DNA from: an uncultured Barnesiella sp.
Lineage (GTDB): Bacteria > Bacteroidota > Bacteroidia > Bacteroidales > Barnesiellaceae
DNA: 64,000 bases
NCBI GenBank assembly: GCA_902471075.1
Contig: CABRIW010000008.1
Location: forward strand, 54,225 to 118,224
Direction: 5' to 3'
The first letter of the stretch is position 1. Every line of letters begins with the position of its first letter. Below the pieces are notes generated by a model. That model did no database searches, had not been told where the DNA came from, and worked only from the letters and a program-made list of their open reading frames with translations. Below are positions 52,706 through 61,417 of the stretch, one piece after another. A program made the position numbers and the translations under genes.

Positions 52706-53491
52706 ATGTCATTCTCCACACCCTCCGAAATCGTTGCCCAAGTCGAACGGGCATCACTCAGTAAAGTAACCCTCTCTACCCCTCGCACCCTCGTCGCCGC
52801 CATGCTGGCCGGCATCTACATTGCCATGGGCGGCCTGCTGTCGCTGCTCATCGGCTACGGCTTCCCCGAGTGGACAGCCGGCAATCCGGGACTGCAACGT
52901 CTCCTCTCGGGCTGCATGTTCCCCCTGGGCCTCATTCTGGTGGTATTGGCCGGGGCCGAACTCTTCACCGGCAACAATGCCGTATTGATTCCGGGATTGA
53001 TGAACCGGAAATACGGCATCGCACCCGTGTTGCGCAACTGGGCGCTGGTCTATGTCGGCAATTTCGTCGGGGCCCTTTTCTTCGTCTATGTGATGATTTG
53101 GTGTGCAGGCATTGTCGATGCCGACCCGTGGAAGAGCGCCATCGTGCAGATAGCCCAGACCAAGACGAGCCTGCCGTGGGGCGTGGTATTCGTGAAGGGC
53201 ATCGGGGCCAACTGGCTGGTATGTCTGGCTGTCTGGCTGGGATTCAGCTCCCACTCTACCGCCGGGAAGATGATGGGTCTCTGGTTCCCCGTGATGTGTT
53301 TCGTGGCCATCGGTTACGAGCACAGCATCGCCAACATGTTTTTCATTCCGCTGGGCATGTTGCAGGGGGCCTCGGTCACTTGGGGGCAATTCCTGCTCGA
53401 CAATCTCGTACCGGCCACACTCGGCAATATCGTGGGTGGCGCCCTCTTCGTCGGGTGCGTCTATACCTACCTCTATCTCTCCCGCAAATAA
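52706..53491 (+). CDS. Formate/nitrite transporter family channel (FocA/NirC-like)
   Basis: 261 aa, 6 transmembrane helices. FNT signature regions (LAGAELFTGN, GNIVGGALFVG). Confidence 0.88.
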   Translation: MSFSTPSEIVAQVERASLSKVTLSTPRTLVAAMLAGIYIAMGGLLSLLIGYGFPEWTAGNPGLQRLLSGCMFPLGLILVVLAGAELFTGNNAVLIPGLMNRKYGIAPVLRNWALVYVGNFVGALFFVYVMIWCAGIVDADPWKSAIVQIAQTKTSLPWGVVFVKGIGANWLVCLAVWLGFSSHSTAGKMMGLWFPVMCFVAIGYEHSIANMFFIPLGMLQGASVTWGQFLLDNLVPATLGNIVGGALFVGCVYTYLYLSRK

Positions 53492-53518
53492 CCCGTTCAC
53501 AAACCCACCATACCAATC

Positions 53519-53549
53519 GAGGGGCACCCCTGTTGCAGGAGTGCCCCTC
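53519..53549. terminator. Bidirectional terminator hairpin between the convergent FNT and glmM genes
   Basis: gaggggcac-ccctgttgcagga-gtgcccctc, a 9 bp GC-rich stem. Confidence 0.6.
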
Positions 53550-53586
53550 GGCTATATCGGTGAGTTGCGGTCTCTCGACCCGCAGC

Positions 53587-54978
53587 TTATTTTTTGGTCA
53601 TCTCGGCAATTACGGCCATCACACCGGCAGCAGCCTCTTCGGCCAGTTCGGGCGTGCGGGCCTCGGAGTAAACCCGGATAATCGGCTCGGTATTCGACTT
53701 GCGCAGGTGTACCCAGCTGTCGGGAAAGTCTATCTTCACACCATCGATGTCGGTGATGTCGTACTGGGCATATTTGCTCTTCACGGCAGCCAGCAGGGCA
53801 TCCACGTCGATGTCGGGGGTAAGCTGTATCTTCTGTTTGGCAATGCTGTAAGCCGGATAGGTAGCTTTCAACTGGCTGACGGTTTTGCCCGATTTGGCCA
53901 GGTGCGAAAGGAACAGGGCGATACCTACCAACGCATCGCGACCGTAGTGGCTGGCGGGATAGATGACACCGCCGTTGCCCTCGCCGCCGATAACGGCTCC
54001 GGTCTGTTTCATCAGGGTAACCACATTCACTTCGCCCACGGCCGAGGCATTGTATTGCTGTCCGTACGAACGGGTCACGTCGCGGAGAGCTCTCGAAGAA
54101 CTGAGGTTCGACACCGTATTGCCGGGTGTGTGTTTCAGCACATAGTCGGCCACGGCAACCAGCGTATACTCCTCGACAAACATGTCGCCATTTTCGCAAA
54201 CAATAGCCAGACGGTCTACATCGGGGTCAACCACGAAACCCACATCGGCACGACCCTCTTTCATCACCCCGGCTATCTGGGTGAGGTTCTCGGGCAGCGG
54301 CTCGGGATTGTGGGGGAATTTGCCATCGGGCGTACAGTTCAGCTCGATGATATTCTTCACGCCCAGAGCCTTCAGCAAAGCGGGGATAACGATACCGCCC
54401 ACCGAGTTGACGCAGTCGATAGCCACGGTGAAGTTGGCCTTGCGAATGGCTTCGACATCGACCAGGTCGAGAGCCAGCACGCTCTCGATATGTTTCTGGG
54501 TATAGGTATTGTTCACATACAGTTGGCCCAACTCGTCCACTTCGGCGAAGTCGAAGTCTTCGGCCTCGGCGATGCGCAGCACCTCCTGTCCCTCGGCAGC
54601 ATTCAGGAACTCGCCCTTCTCGTTGAGCAGTTTCAAGGCATTCCACTGCTTGGGGTTATGGCTGGCCGTCAGGATAATACCGCCGCAAGCCTTCTCCATA
54701 GTAACCGCAATCTCGGTCGTAGGCGTGGTGGCCAACCCGATGTTTACCACATCGAAGCCCATACCCATGAGGGTACCGATTACGGTGTGTTTCACCATTT
54801 CGCCGGAGATACGGGCATCGCGTCCTACTACAATCTTATTGGTCTTTACCGGTGAATTTTTACGAATAAAGGTAGCATAAGCTGCCGTAAACTTGACGAT
54901 ATCGAGCGGATTGAGCCCTTCGCCGGCTTTTCCGCCAATCGTACCGCGTATTCCTGAAATAGATTTAATGAGAGACAT
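53587..54978 (-). CDS. glmM: Phosphoglucosamine mutase
   Basis: 463 aa. Active-site TASHNP and the alpha-D-phosphohexomutase domains. Confidence 0.93.
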   Translation of the reverse strand: MSLIKSISGIRGTIGGKAGEGLNPLDIVKFTAAYATFIRKNSPVKTNKIVVGRDARISGEMVKHTVIGTLMGMGFDVVNIGLATTPTTEIAVTMEKACGGIILTASHNPKQWNALKLLNEKGEFLNAAEGQEVLRIAEAEDFDFAEVDELGQLYVNNTYTQKHIESVLALDLVDVEAIRKANFTVAIDCVNSVGGIVIPALLKALGVKNIIELNCTPDGKFPHNPEPLPENLTQIAGVMKEGRADVGFVVDPDVDRLAIVCENGDMFVEEYTLVAVADYVLKHTPGNTVSNLSSSRALRDVTRSYGQQYNASAVGEVNVVTLMKQTGAVIGGEGNGGVIYPASHYGRDALVGIALFLSHLAKSGKTVSQLKATYPAYSIAKQKIQLTPDIDVDALLAAVKSKYAQYDITDIDGVKIDFPDSWVHLRKSNTEPIIRVYSEARTPELAEEAAAGVMAVIAEMTKK

Positions 54979-54987
54979 ATAACTTTA

Positions 54988-55572
54988 TTATTTTGATTTG
55001 TTGTACTGTATGTAGTAGAGATAAGGCATCACGGTCGAGGTCTCGGCTGTGAATCCGGCCTTGGCCCGGATGAGCAGGTTGACCCGGCACTCATTCCCCA
55101 GGAAGTACATGGGGTACTGTATGCCCGTACCGTATTGAGTGGTCGACGACAAAGTCGTCTCGCCGAAACGAATCGTAATGTAGTCGGAGGGGTTGGTATT
55201 CCCTACCGGGTCGGGATTACTGCCGGCCACCAGAGCCTTCAGGTCGTAACGCAGGAAACGCAGGTTCACATCGTTACCCTTCTCGAAACGGTCGTTCATA
55301 TCGCCCGGCTCGAGTACCTGCATGTAGACGTTGCCGTCGGTATCGAGTTTATAGTAAGGCACGGCCAGCGTGTCGTTGTTGGGGACATCCTGCAAGGAGA
55401 TGAACACCGAGTCGGCCGGTATTTCATTGATCACTATCTTGTCGGCCAGAAACGCTTTCACGGCCTTGTCTTCTTCTTTCAACAAATCGGCATACGACTT
55501 GCCATCTTTACACGACGACAAAAGGGTTACGCCTGCAAACAAAACAATCAGAACTTGAGCTAACTTATTCAT
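54988..55572 (-). CDS. DUF4827-family lipoprotein
   Basis: 194 aa. Signal peptide and lipobox LLSSC. Family conserved in Bacteroidales. Confidence 0.7.
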   Translation of the reverse strand: MNKLAQVLIVLFAGVTLLSSCKDGKSYADLLKEEDKAVKAFLADKIVINEIPADSVFISLQDVPNNDTLAVPYYKLDTDGNVYMQVLEPGDMNDRFEKGNDVNLRFLRYDLKALVAGSNPDPVGNTNPSDYITIRFGETTLSSTTQYGTGIQYPMYFLGNECRVNLLIRAKAGFTAETSTVMPYLYYIQYNKSK

Positions 55573-55588
55573 AATTTATCAATCGATT

Positions 55589-56626
55589 TTATTCTTTATC
55601 TTTTGCCATATACTTGTCGTAGAGGGGCAAGATGCTGCGCAACAGAGCCTGCGCCTCTTCCATCGTGCCGTGAAACTCCCCGCCGGCCGCATTCAGGTGA
55701 CCGCCACCGTTGAAGTGCTCGGCCGCTACCTTGTTGACCGGGAAAAATCCCTTGGAGCGCATCGATACCTTGATATACTCCTTGTCTTCCCGCAGGAAGG
55801 TCGAGAAGCGGATACCCTCGATGCCCAGCGGCACATTGACCAGCCCTTCGCTGTCGCCCTTGTGGTAGTCGTATTTCTTCAGCTCCTCGCGAGTGAGCGA
55901 AATCAGCGCCGCCTTGTATTCGGGGAATATCTCCATCTTCTCGCTCACGGCGTACCCGTTCAACCGCACCTTGTCTACCGTATTGGTATTGAACACCAGG
56001 GCATAGATCCGGTCCTTGTTGATGCCCAGCTTCACCAGTTCGGCAATGATGTAGTAGATGTCGGGGGTATTGGAGTTGTAGGTAAAGTTGCCTGTATCGG
56101 TCATCATGCCCGTATAGATGGCTTCGGCCGAGTAGAGATTCATGCGGTCGAACATGCCCATGCGGCAGATGAGGCGGAATATCAGTTCGCTGGTCGAGGC
56201 CACCTCGGGATGCGAGATAATGATGTCGCAAAACTCTTCGGGGTTGAGATGGTGGTCGATGAGCACCTTTTTGGCTTCGGAGAGCGATACCGACTTTTGC
56301 AATCGGTCGATGCGGTTGAGAGCATTGAAGTCGAGACAGAAAATGAGCTCGGCCTCGGTCATCAGCTTCTCGGCAAACTCGGGATAGCGCGTATAGACGA
56401 CAATCTCTTTCGACCCTTTCAGGAAGAGCAGATTCCGAGGCAACAAATCGGGAACGACTACATTCACCTCCTTGCCCAGCCCGTCGAGAAAATGGTACAA
56501 CCCCAACGAAGCCCCTATGGCATCGCCATCGGGAGAAACGTGGCAAGTAATGACGATCTTTTCTTTCTTCTCTATCAGTTTGCGTACCTGCTGTATTTTT
56601 TCTTCCGCAATTATTTTGTTAATCAT
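55589..56626 (-). CDS. nrnA: DHH/DHHA1 phosphoesterase (NrnA-type oligoribonuclease / pAp phosphatase)
   Basis: 345 aa. DHH motifs (HVSPDGDAIGA, IDHH) and the DHHA1 GGGH motif. Confidence 0.83.
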   Translation of the reverse strand: MINKIIAEEKIQQVRKLIEKKEKIVITCHVSPDGDAIGASLGLYHFLDGLGKEVNVVVPDLLPRNLLFLKGSKEIVVYTRYPEFAEKLMTEAELIFCLDFNALNRIDRLQKSVSLSEAKKVLIDHHLNPEEFCDIIISHPEVASTSELIFRLICRMGMFDRMNLYSAEAIYTGMMTDTGNFTYNSNTPDIYYIIAELVKLGINKDRIYALVFNTNTVDKVRLNGYAVSEKMEIFPEYKAALISLTREELKKYDYHKGDSEGLVNVPLGIEGIRFSTFLREDKEYIKVSMRSKGFFPVNKVAAEHFNGGGHLNAAGGEFHGTMEEAQALLRSILPLYDKYMAKDKE

Positions 56627-56889
56627 CTATCGTTTTTAACGGGTTCTTACTTTGTTTGTTTTGCACAAAGATAGCGCAAACGCCGACAACACCCAATAAA
56701 AATCGAGCTATTCTGCCGGGTTCCGCTACATTTTTTCACTCAAGGCAAAGGTAAAAATTATTATCCACATATCGAATACTATTTTTGTTCATCTACATAT
56801 TTTATCTATTATTACCCAAATCATATCGTTCAATCGGTTTTTCATTTGACAGATAAAAATTATCTTTGCCCCACTAAAACAGAGTTGTT

Positions 56890-58845
56890 ATGAAAAAAAG
56901 TTTGCTCCTATCGATTGTGAGCCTGTTCCTCTGCATAGGCATTCAGGCGCAAATACTGGAACCCGTCAAATGGAAAGTCTCCCTGCAAGGCGAAGGCCAA
57001 GAGAAAGAAATCGTTTTTCACGCCTTTATCGAGGATGGATGGCACCTTTATGCCACCGATATTCCCCAGGGCGGACCTATCCCCACTTCGGTTTCGTTCG
57101 ACGAACTGTCGCAAGTATCGCTGAAGGGCGAGATAACACCGGCTCAACGTCCGCACGAAGAGTACAGCCCGCTGTTCGACATGAAGTTGGGATGGTACGA
57201 CTCCAAAATCGATTTCAAACAGGCCGTTACCATCGACGACCCCGATAACTTCAAAATCACCGGCTATATCACCTACCAGGCTTGTAACGACGTGACTTGC
57301 CTGCCACCCACCAAATACGAATTTTCGTTCGGCGAAAGCCAGACCGAAGCCGCTCCGGCCCCGGTAATGACGCCTGTCGCCTTCAACACCAAGACTTCGT
57401 CGAACCTGCCCGACCAGCCGGGCTGGCAACCGGTCGTAGAGAAAGTTCAGTCCATGAGCACCGAGGGGCTGCAGCATACCGACTCCCTCTGGTTCATCTT
57501 CCTGTCGGGTTTCGTGGGCGGTCTGCTGGCTTTGCTCACGCCGTGTGTATGGCCCATGATTCCGCTTACGGTTAGCTTCTTCCTCAAAAAGCAGCAAAGC
57601 CGTCGCAAGGCCATCGGCGAAGCCATTCTCTACGGGCTCTCCATCATTGTCATCTACGTGGGTGCAGGGTTACTCATCACCCTGCTGTTCGGAGCCAGCG
57701 CCTTGAACGACCTGGCCACCAACGCCATCTTCAACATACTCTTCTTTGCCCTGCTGGTACTCTTTGCCGTCTCCTTCTTCGGAGCCTTCGAGATTACCCT
57801 GCCGGCATCGTGGAGCAACAAACTCGACCGCAAGGCCGACACCGCTACCGGCATCATCGCCATCTTCTTCATGGCCTTTACGCTGGTTCTGGTATCCTTC
57901 TCCTGCACGGGTCCCATCATCGGCACGCTGTTGGTCGAGGCCGCCTCGTGGGGAGGCAAGCTGGCCCCGGCCGTGGGTATGGGTGGTTTTGCCATTGCTC
58001 TGGCTATACCGTTTGCCCTCTTCGCCATGTTCCCCTCGCTGATGAAACAGATGCCCAAATCGGGCGGCTGGCTGAACATGGTCAAAGTGGTGCTGGGTTT
58101 CCTGGAGCTGGCCCTGTCGCTCAAATTCCTCTCGGTGGCCGACCTGGCCTATGGCTGGCACATCCTCGACCGTGAAACCTTCCTGGTACTCTGGATTGTC
58201 ATCTTCGCCCTGCTGGGATTCTATCTGTTGGGCAAAATCAGTTTCTCGCACGACTCACCGGTAAAATACGTGTCGGTACCCCGGTTGTTCCTGGCCATCG
58301 TATCGCTGTCGTTCTCCATCTACATGATTCCCGGCCTGTGGGGTGCTCCGCTGAAAGCCATCAGCGCATTCGCTCCTCCCTTGTATACCCAGGACTTCAA
58401 CCTCTACGAGCAGGAGGTGCACGCCGCCTTCAACGATTACAACGAGGGTTTGGCCTATGCCCGCAAAGAGAAGAAACCGATCCTGATTGACTTCTCGGGC
58501 TATGGTTGCGTCAACTGCCGCAAGATGGAGGCTTCGGTCTGGACCGACCCGAAAGTAAAAGAGATTCTCGAAAAACAATATGTACTCATCACCCTCATGG
58601 TCGACGATAAGGAAAAACTGAGCAAGCCCATCACCGTAACCGAAAACGGCAAGCAGGTGAAGCTGACCACCGTGGGCGAAAAATGGAGCTTCCTGCAACG
58701 CTACAAGTTCGGGGCCAATGCCCAACCCTACTACGTGATTATCGACGACAAGGGCGAACCGCTGGCTGCTCCTTACGGATATGACGAAAGCGTGCCTCGC
58801 TTCGTCAAATTCCTGCAAAGCGGATTGAAAGCATCCAATAAATAA
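56890..58845 (+). CDS. dsbD: Protein-disulfide reductase DsbD-family protein
   Basis: 651 aa. Signal peptide, N-terminal DsbD-alpha-like domain, central CcdA-like transmembrane core (TPCVWPMIP) and C-terminal thioredoxin domain (GYGCVNC). Confidence 0.88.
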   Translation: MKKSLLLSIVSLFLCIGIQAQILEPVKWKVSLQGEGQEKEIVFHAFIEDGWHLYATDIPQGGPIPTSVSFDELSQVSLKGEITPAQRPHEEYSPLFDMKLGWYDSKIDFKQAVTIDDPDNFKITGYITYQACNDVTCLPPTKYEFSFGESQTEAAPAPVMTPVAFNTKTSSNLPDQPGWQPVVEKVQSMSTEGLQHTDSLWFIFLSGFVGGLLALLTPCVWPMIPLTVSFFLKKQQSRRKAIGEAILYGLSIIVIYVGAGLLITLLFGASALNDLATNAIFNILFFALLVLFAVSFFGAFEITLPASWSNKLDRKADTATGIIAIFFMAFTLVLVSFSCTGPIIGTLLVEAASWGGKLAPAVGMGGFAIALAIPFALFAMFPSLMKQMPKSGGWLNMVKVVLGFLELALSLKFLSVADLAYGWHILDRETFLVLWIVIFALLGFYLLGKISFSHDSPVKYVSVPRLFLAIVSLSFSIYMIPGLWGAPLKAISAFAPPLYTQDFNLYEQEVHAAFNDYNEGLAYARKEKKPILIDFSGYGCVNCRKMEASVWTDPKVKEILEKQYVLITLMVDDKEKLSKPITVTENGKQVKLTTVGEKWSFLQRYKFGANAQPYYVIIDDKGEPLAAPYGYDESVPRFVKFLQSGLKASNK

Positions 58846-58854
58846 AAAACGATT

Positions 58855-59643
58855 ATGTCACACACCAGAGAAGAAAAGACAGAAGCATTCGGTCGCCTTA
58901 TCGACATACTCGACATTTTACGCGAGAAATGCCCCTGGGACCACAAGCAGACCAACGAGAGCCTGCGACCCAACACCATAGAAGAGACCTACGAGTTGTG
59001 CGATGCACTCATTCGCCACGACAACGAGGCCACCAAAAAAGAGCTGGGCGACGTGTTGTTACACATTGCATTCTATGCCAAAATCGGCGAAGAGAACGGC
59101 ACATTCGACATAGCCGACGTGTGCAACGCCCTTTGCGACAAACTCATCTACCGCCACCCGCACGTGTTCGGGACTACCCACGTCGAGGGTTCGAACGAGG
59201 TAGAACAGAACTGGGAACAGTTGAAGCTGAAAGAGAAAGGCGGCAACAAAACGGTGCTCGAAGGGGTGCCTTCGGCTCTGCCGGCTTTGATCAAGGCCTA
59301 CCGCATACAAGACAAGGTCCGCAACGTAGGGTTCGACTGGGAAGAGCGGTCGCAGGTCTGGGACAAGGTACACGAGGAGTTCGACGAGTTGAAAGAGGAA
59401 ATCGACCACATGAATCCCGAGAATATGGAGAGTGAGTTCGGCGACCTCTTCTTCAGCCTGATTAACGCGGCCCGGCTCTACGGCATCAACCCCGAGAATG
59501 CCCTGGAGCACACCAACCAGAAATTTATCCGCCGGTTCAACTACCTCGAGCACGAAACGCTGCAAAAGGGACGAAACCTCAAGGATATGACACTTGCCGA
59601 GATGGATGCCATCTGGGACGAAGCCAAACGGAAAGGACTCTGA
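58855..59643 (+). CDS. mazG: Nucleoside triphosphate pyrophosphohydrolase MazG
   Basis: 262 aa. Tandem MazG-like EExxE motifs (EETYELCDA...ELGDVLL, EEFDELKEE...EFGDLFF). Confidence 0.9.
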   Translation: MSHTREEKTEAFGRLIDILDILREKCPWDHKQTNESLRPNTIEETYELCDALIRHDNEATKKELGDVLLHIAFYAKIGEENGTFDIADVCNALCDKLIYRHPHVFGTTHVEGSNEVEQNWEQLKLKEKGGNKTVLEGVPSALPALIKAYRIQDKVRNVGFDWEERSQVWDKVHEEFDELKEEIDHMNPENMESEFGDLFFSLINAARLYGINPENALEHTNQKFIRRFNYLEHETLQKGRNLKDMTLAEMDAIWDEAKRKGL

Positions 59644-59666
59644 TCGACCCGACGGGTGAACCTATA

Positions 59667-59726
59667 AAGGCTCTCGTTTGTTTATTCGATGCACACTTGT
59701 ACGAATAAACGATGAGAGCTTTTTTA
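59667..59726 (+). terminator. Rho-independent terminator after mazG. The 3' arm contains the start codon of the next ORF.
   Basis: aaggctctcgtttgtttattcg-atgcacacttgta-cgaataaacgatgagagctt followed by tttttt. The ATG at 59712 lies inside the descending arm. Confidence 0.7.
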
Positions 59727-61334
59727 TTACTCCTCCTTTCTCTGGGCCCGGCATGGCTCCAGGCCGCCGAACGCACTCTGATTGCCCCGGCGTGGACAGC
59801 CCGCAATACGCCGGCAATTACCGTCGACAGCATTTTGCTGCGCGACACGTTGAGCCGGCTCTACATCACCCTGAAACAGCCCCCTCACACCACGCTTACC
59901 CTATACGACGACTGGGTGATACAGGACAGTCTGGGCAGCTTTACGGCTCGGGTAAAGGATATGGACGGGGCCGATTTCAACCGCATATTCCAGTTCGACG
60001 ACGACAGTATCGTCTCTGTCGAGATGGATTTTCCGCCCCTGCCGGCTTCGTGGAACGAGTTCGACCTGATTGGCAACAAACCTTCGGGCGAGATACGGGT
60101 CATCGGAATCTCACTCAATCGGCAGCAACCGCCCGTCGCCCTGCCGTCGCGACCGGCCACACGCCCCAGCCCACCGCTGCCGGTCATCACCCTCGAACCC
60201 GATACCGCCTGGCTGCAAGGTCGCTTCATAGGCTACCACCGGCGGCTGAATCTGCCCGACGGGAAGATTGTACTGACCGACCTGCTCACCCGGCAGCAGA
60301 CCACTGTCGAGGTGTCTGTTGCCGACGATGGCACCTTCGCCGTACAACTGCCCCTCTGCCACCCCGTGCAGCAACGGTTGATTTTGGGCGACCGATACAT
60401 CCCCTTCTATATCGAGCCGGACGACACGCTTTCCCTGCAAATTCCGCTCGATGAGTTGCTGGTACCCTATCGGAATATCCGTGAAATAGAACAAAACTGC
60501 ACACACCTGACCTATCAGGGACGAAATGCGCAAGCCAACTACGAGTTGCGGCAGATACGCCTGCAAGAGGCCGAGGCAAACGACGGTTGGATGCAGGCAA
60601 TACGCACGCTACCGCCATTGCTCTACTACCAGGCTGAAGAGGATAAACTTAAAGTAAAACTTGAACGATTGCATAGCGACTGGCAGACACAAAAGCTCGC
60701 GAGTAAGGCCTACCCCCTCTCCATTCTCAACAGTTACTATCTATTTCTTTCACATCTAATTGTATATAATGTAATTAAAAAATCAGAAGCAGGATGCGAA
60801 TATTTAAAATACAGAAATATAGATATCCCATTCGCTACAATTTACCCTCTGAATGAGCCCCTTTCGGTGGCTGTGGAGTACTATCTTCCTTTCATCACTC
60901 TGCTGGAGGAACAGGCCAACAGCACCACACCTCCCGACTGGACGAGCGCCGAATTTATCGAAGCCCTCAATGCCCGGAACGTCGACCTGTCGCCCGAGGA
61001 AAAGGAGGCGTTACGGCTCGCTTTGGATGGAAATACCGCTATCGCTCCACAGACCCAAGAGATAATACAGCAACTAAACGAAAGGTGCGAAAAGGAACAA
61101 ATATCGATGCGGGAAGAGAAGCTGAGGCAATGGAGCGAAGAGAGCTACCGAAACCGATTCGGTTCGCCGGACGACTTCACCCGGCAGCTGCTCGATGCCC
61201 GCCGGATCGTCAGGCTCTGGCAATCGCTACATCGGGCACTGACTATTCGGGAACAGTCGGAATTTACCACCACAATCATCGACCCGCCGTTGAGGCTGGC
61301 CGTCAAGCGCATCACCTCGCGACCCGACCGATAA
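59712..61334 (+). CDS. Hypothetical secreted protein, 540 aa
   Basis: Signal peptide MRAFLLLLLSLGPAWLQAAERT. I recognise no domain. Contains an abrupt AT-rich internal segment (about 60700-60880). Confidence 0.6.
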   Translation: MRAFLLLLLSLGPAWLQAAERTLIAPAWTARNTPAITVDSILLRDTLSRLYITLKQPPHTTLTLYDDWVIQDSLGSFTARVKDMDGADFNRIFQFDDDSIVSVEMDFPPLPASWNEFDLIGNKPSGEIRVIGISLNRQQPPVALPSRPATRPSPPLPVITLEPDTAWLQGRFIGYHRRLNLPDGKIVLTDLLTRQQTTVEVSVADDGTFAVQLPLCHPVQQRLILGDRYIPFYIEPDDTLSLQIPLDELLVPYRNIREIEQNCTHLTYQGRNAQANYELRQIRLQEAEANDGWMQAIRTLPPLLYYQAEEDKLKVKLERLHSDWQTQKLASKAYPLSILNSYYLFLSHLIVYNVIKKSEAGCEYLKYRNIDIPFATIYPLNEPLSVAVEYYLPFITLLEEQANSTTPPDWTSAEFIEALNARNVDLSPEEKEALRLALDGNTAIAPQTQEIIQQLNERCEKEQISMREEKLRQWSEESYRNRFGSPDDFTRQLLDARRIVRLWQSLHRALTIREQSEFTTTIIDPPLRLAVKRITSRPDR

Positions 61335-61417
61335 AGGGAGGCGTGGAAAAGTCGAGGCCGAATGAAAATAAAAACGTACCTTTGCACTCGTAAAACCTCA
61401 AAAAAACGAGACCCATT

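Noticed and set aside
52870-54855. 661-aa plus-strand ORF
   Set aside because: Shadow across the FNT channel (different frame) and glmM (opposite strand).
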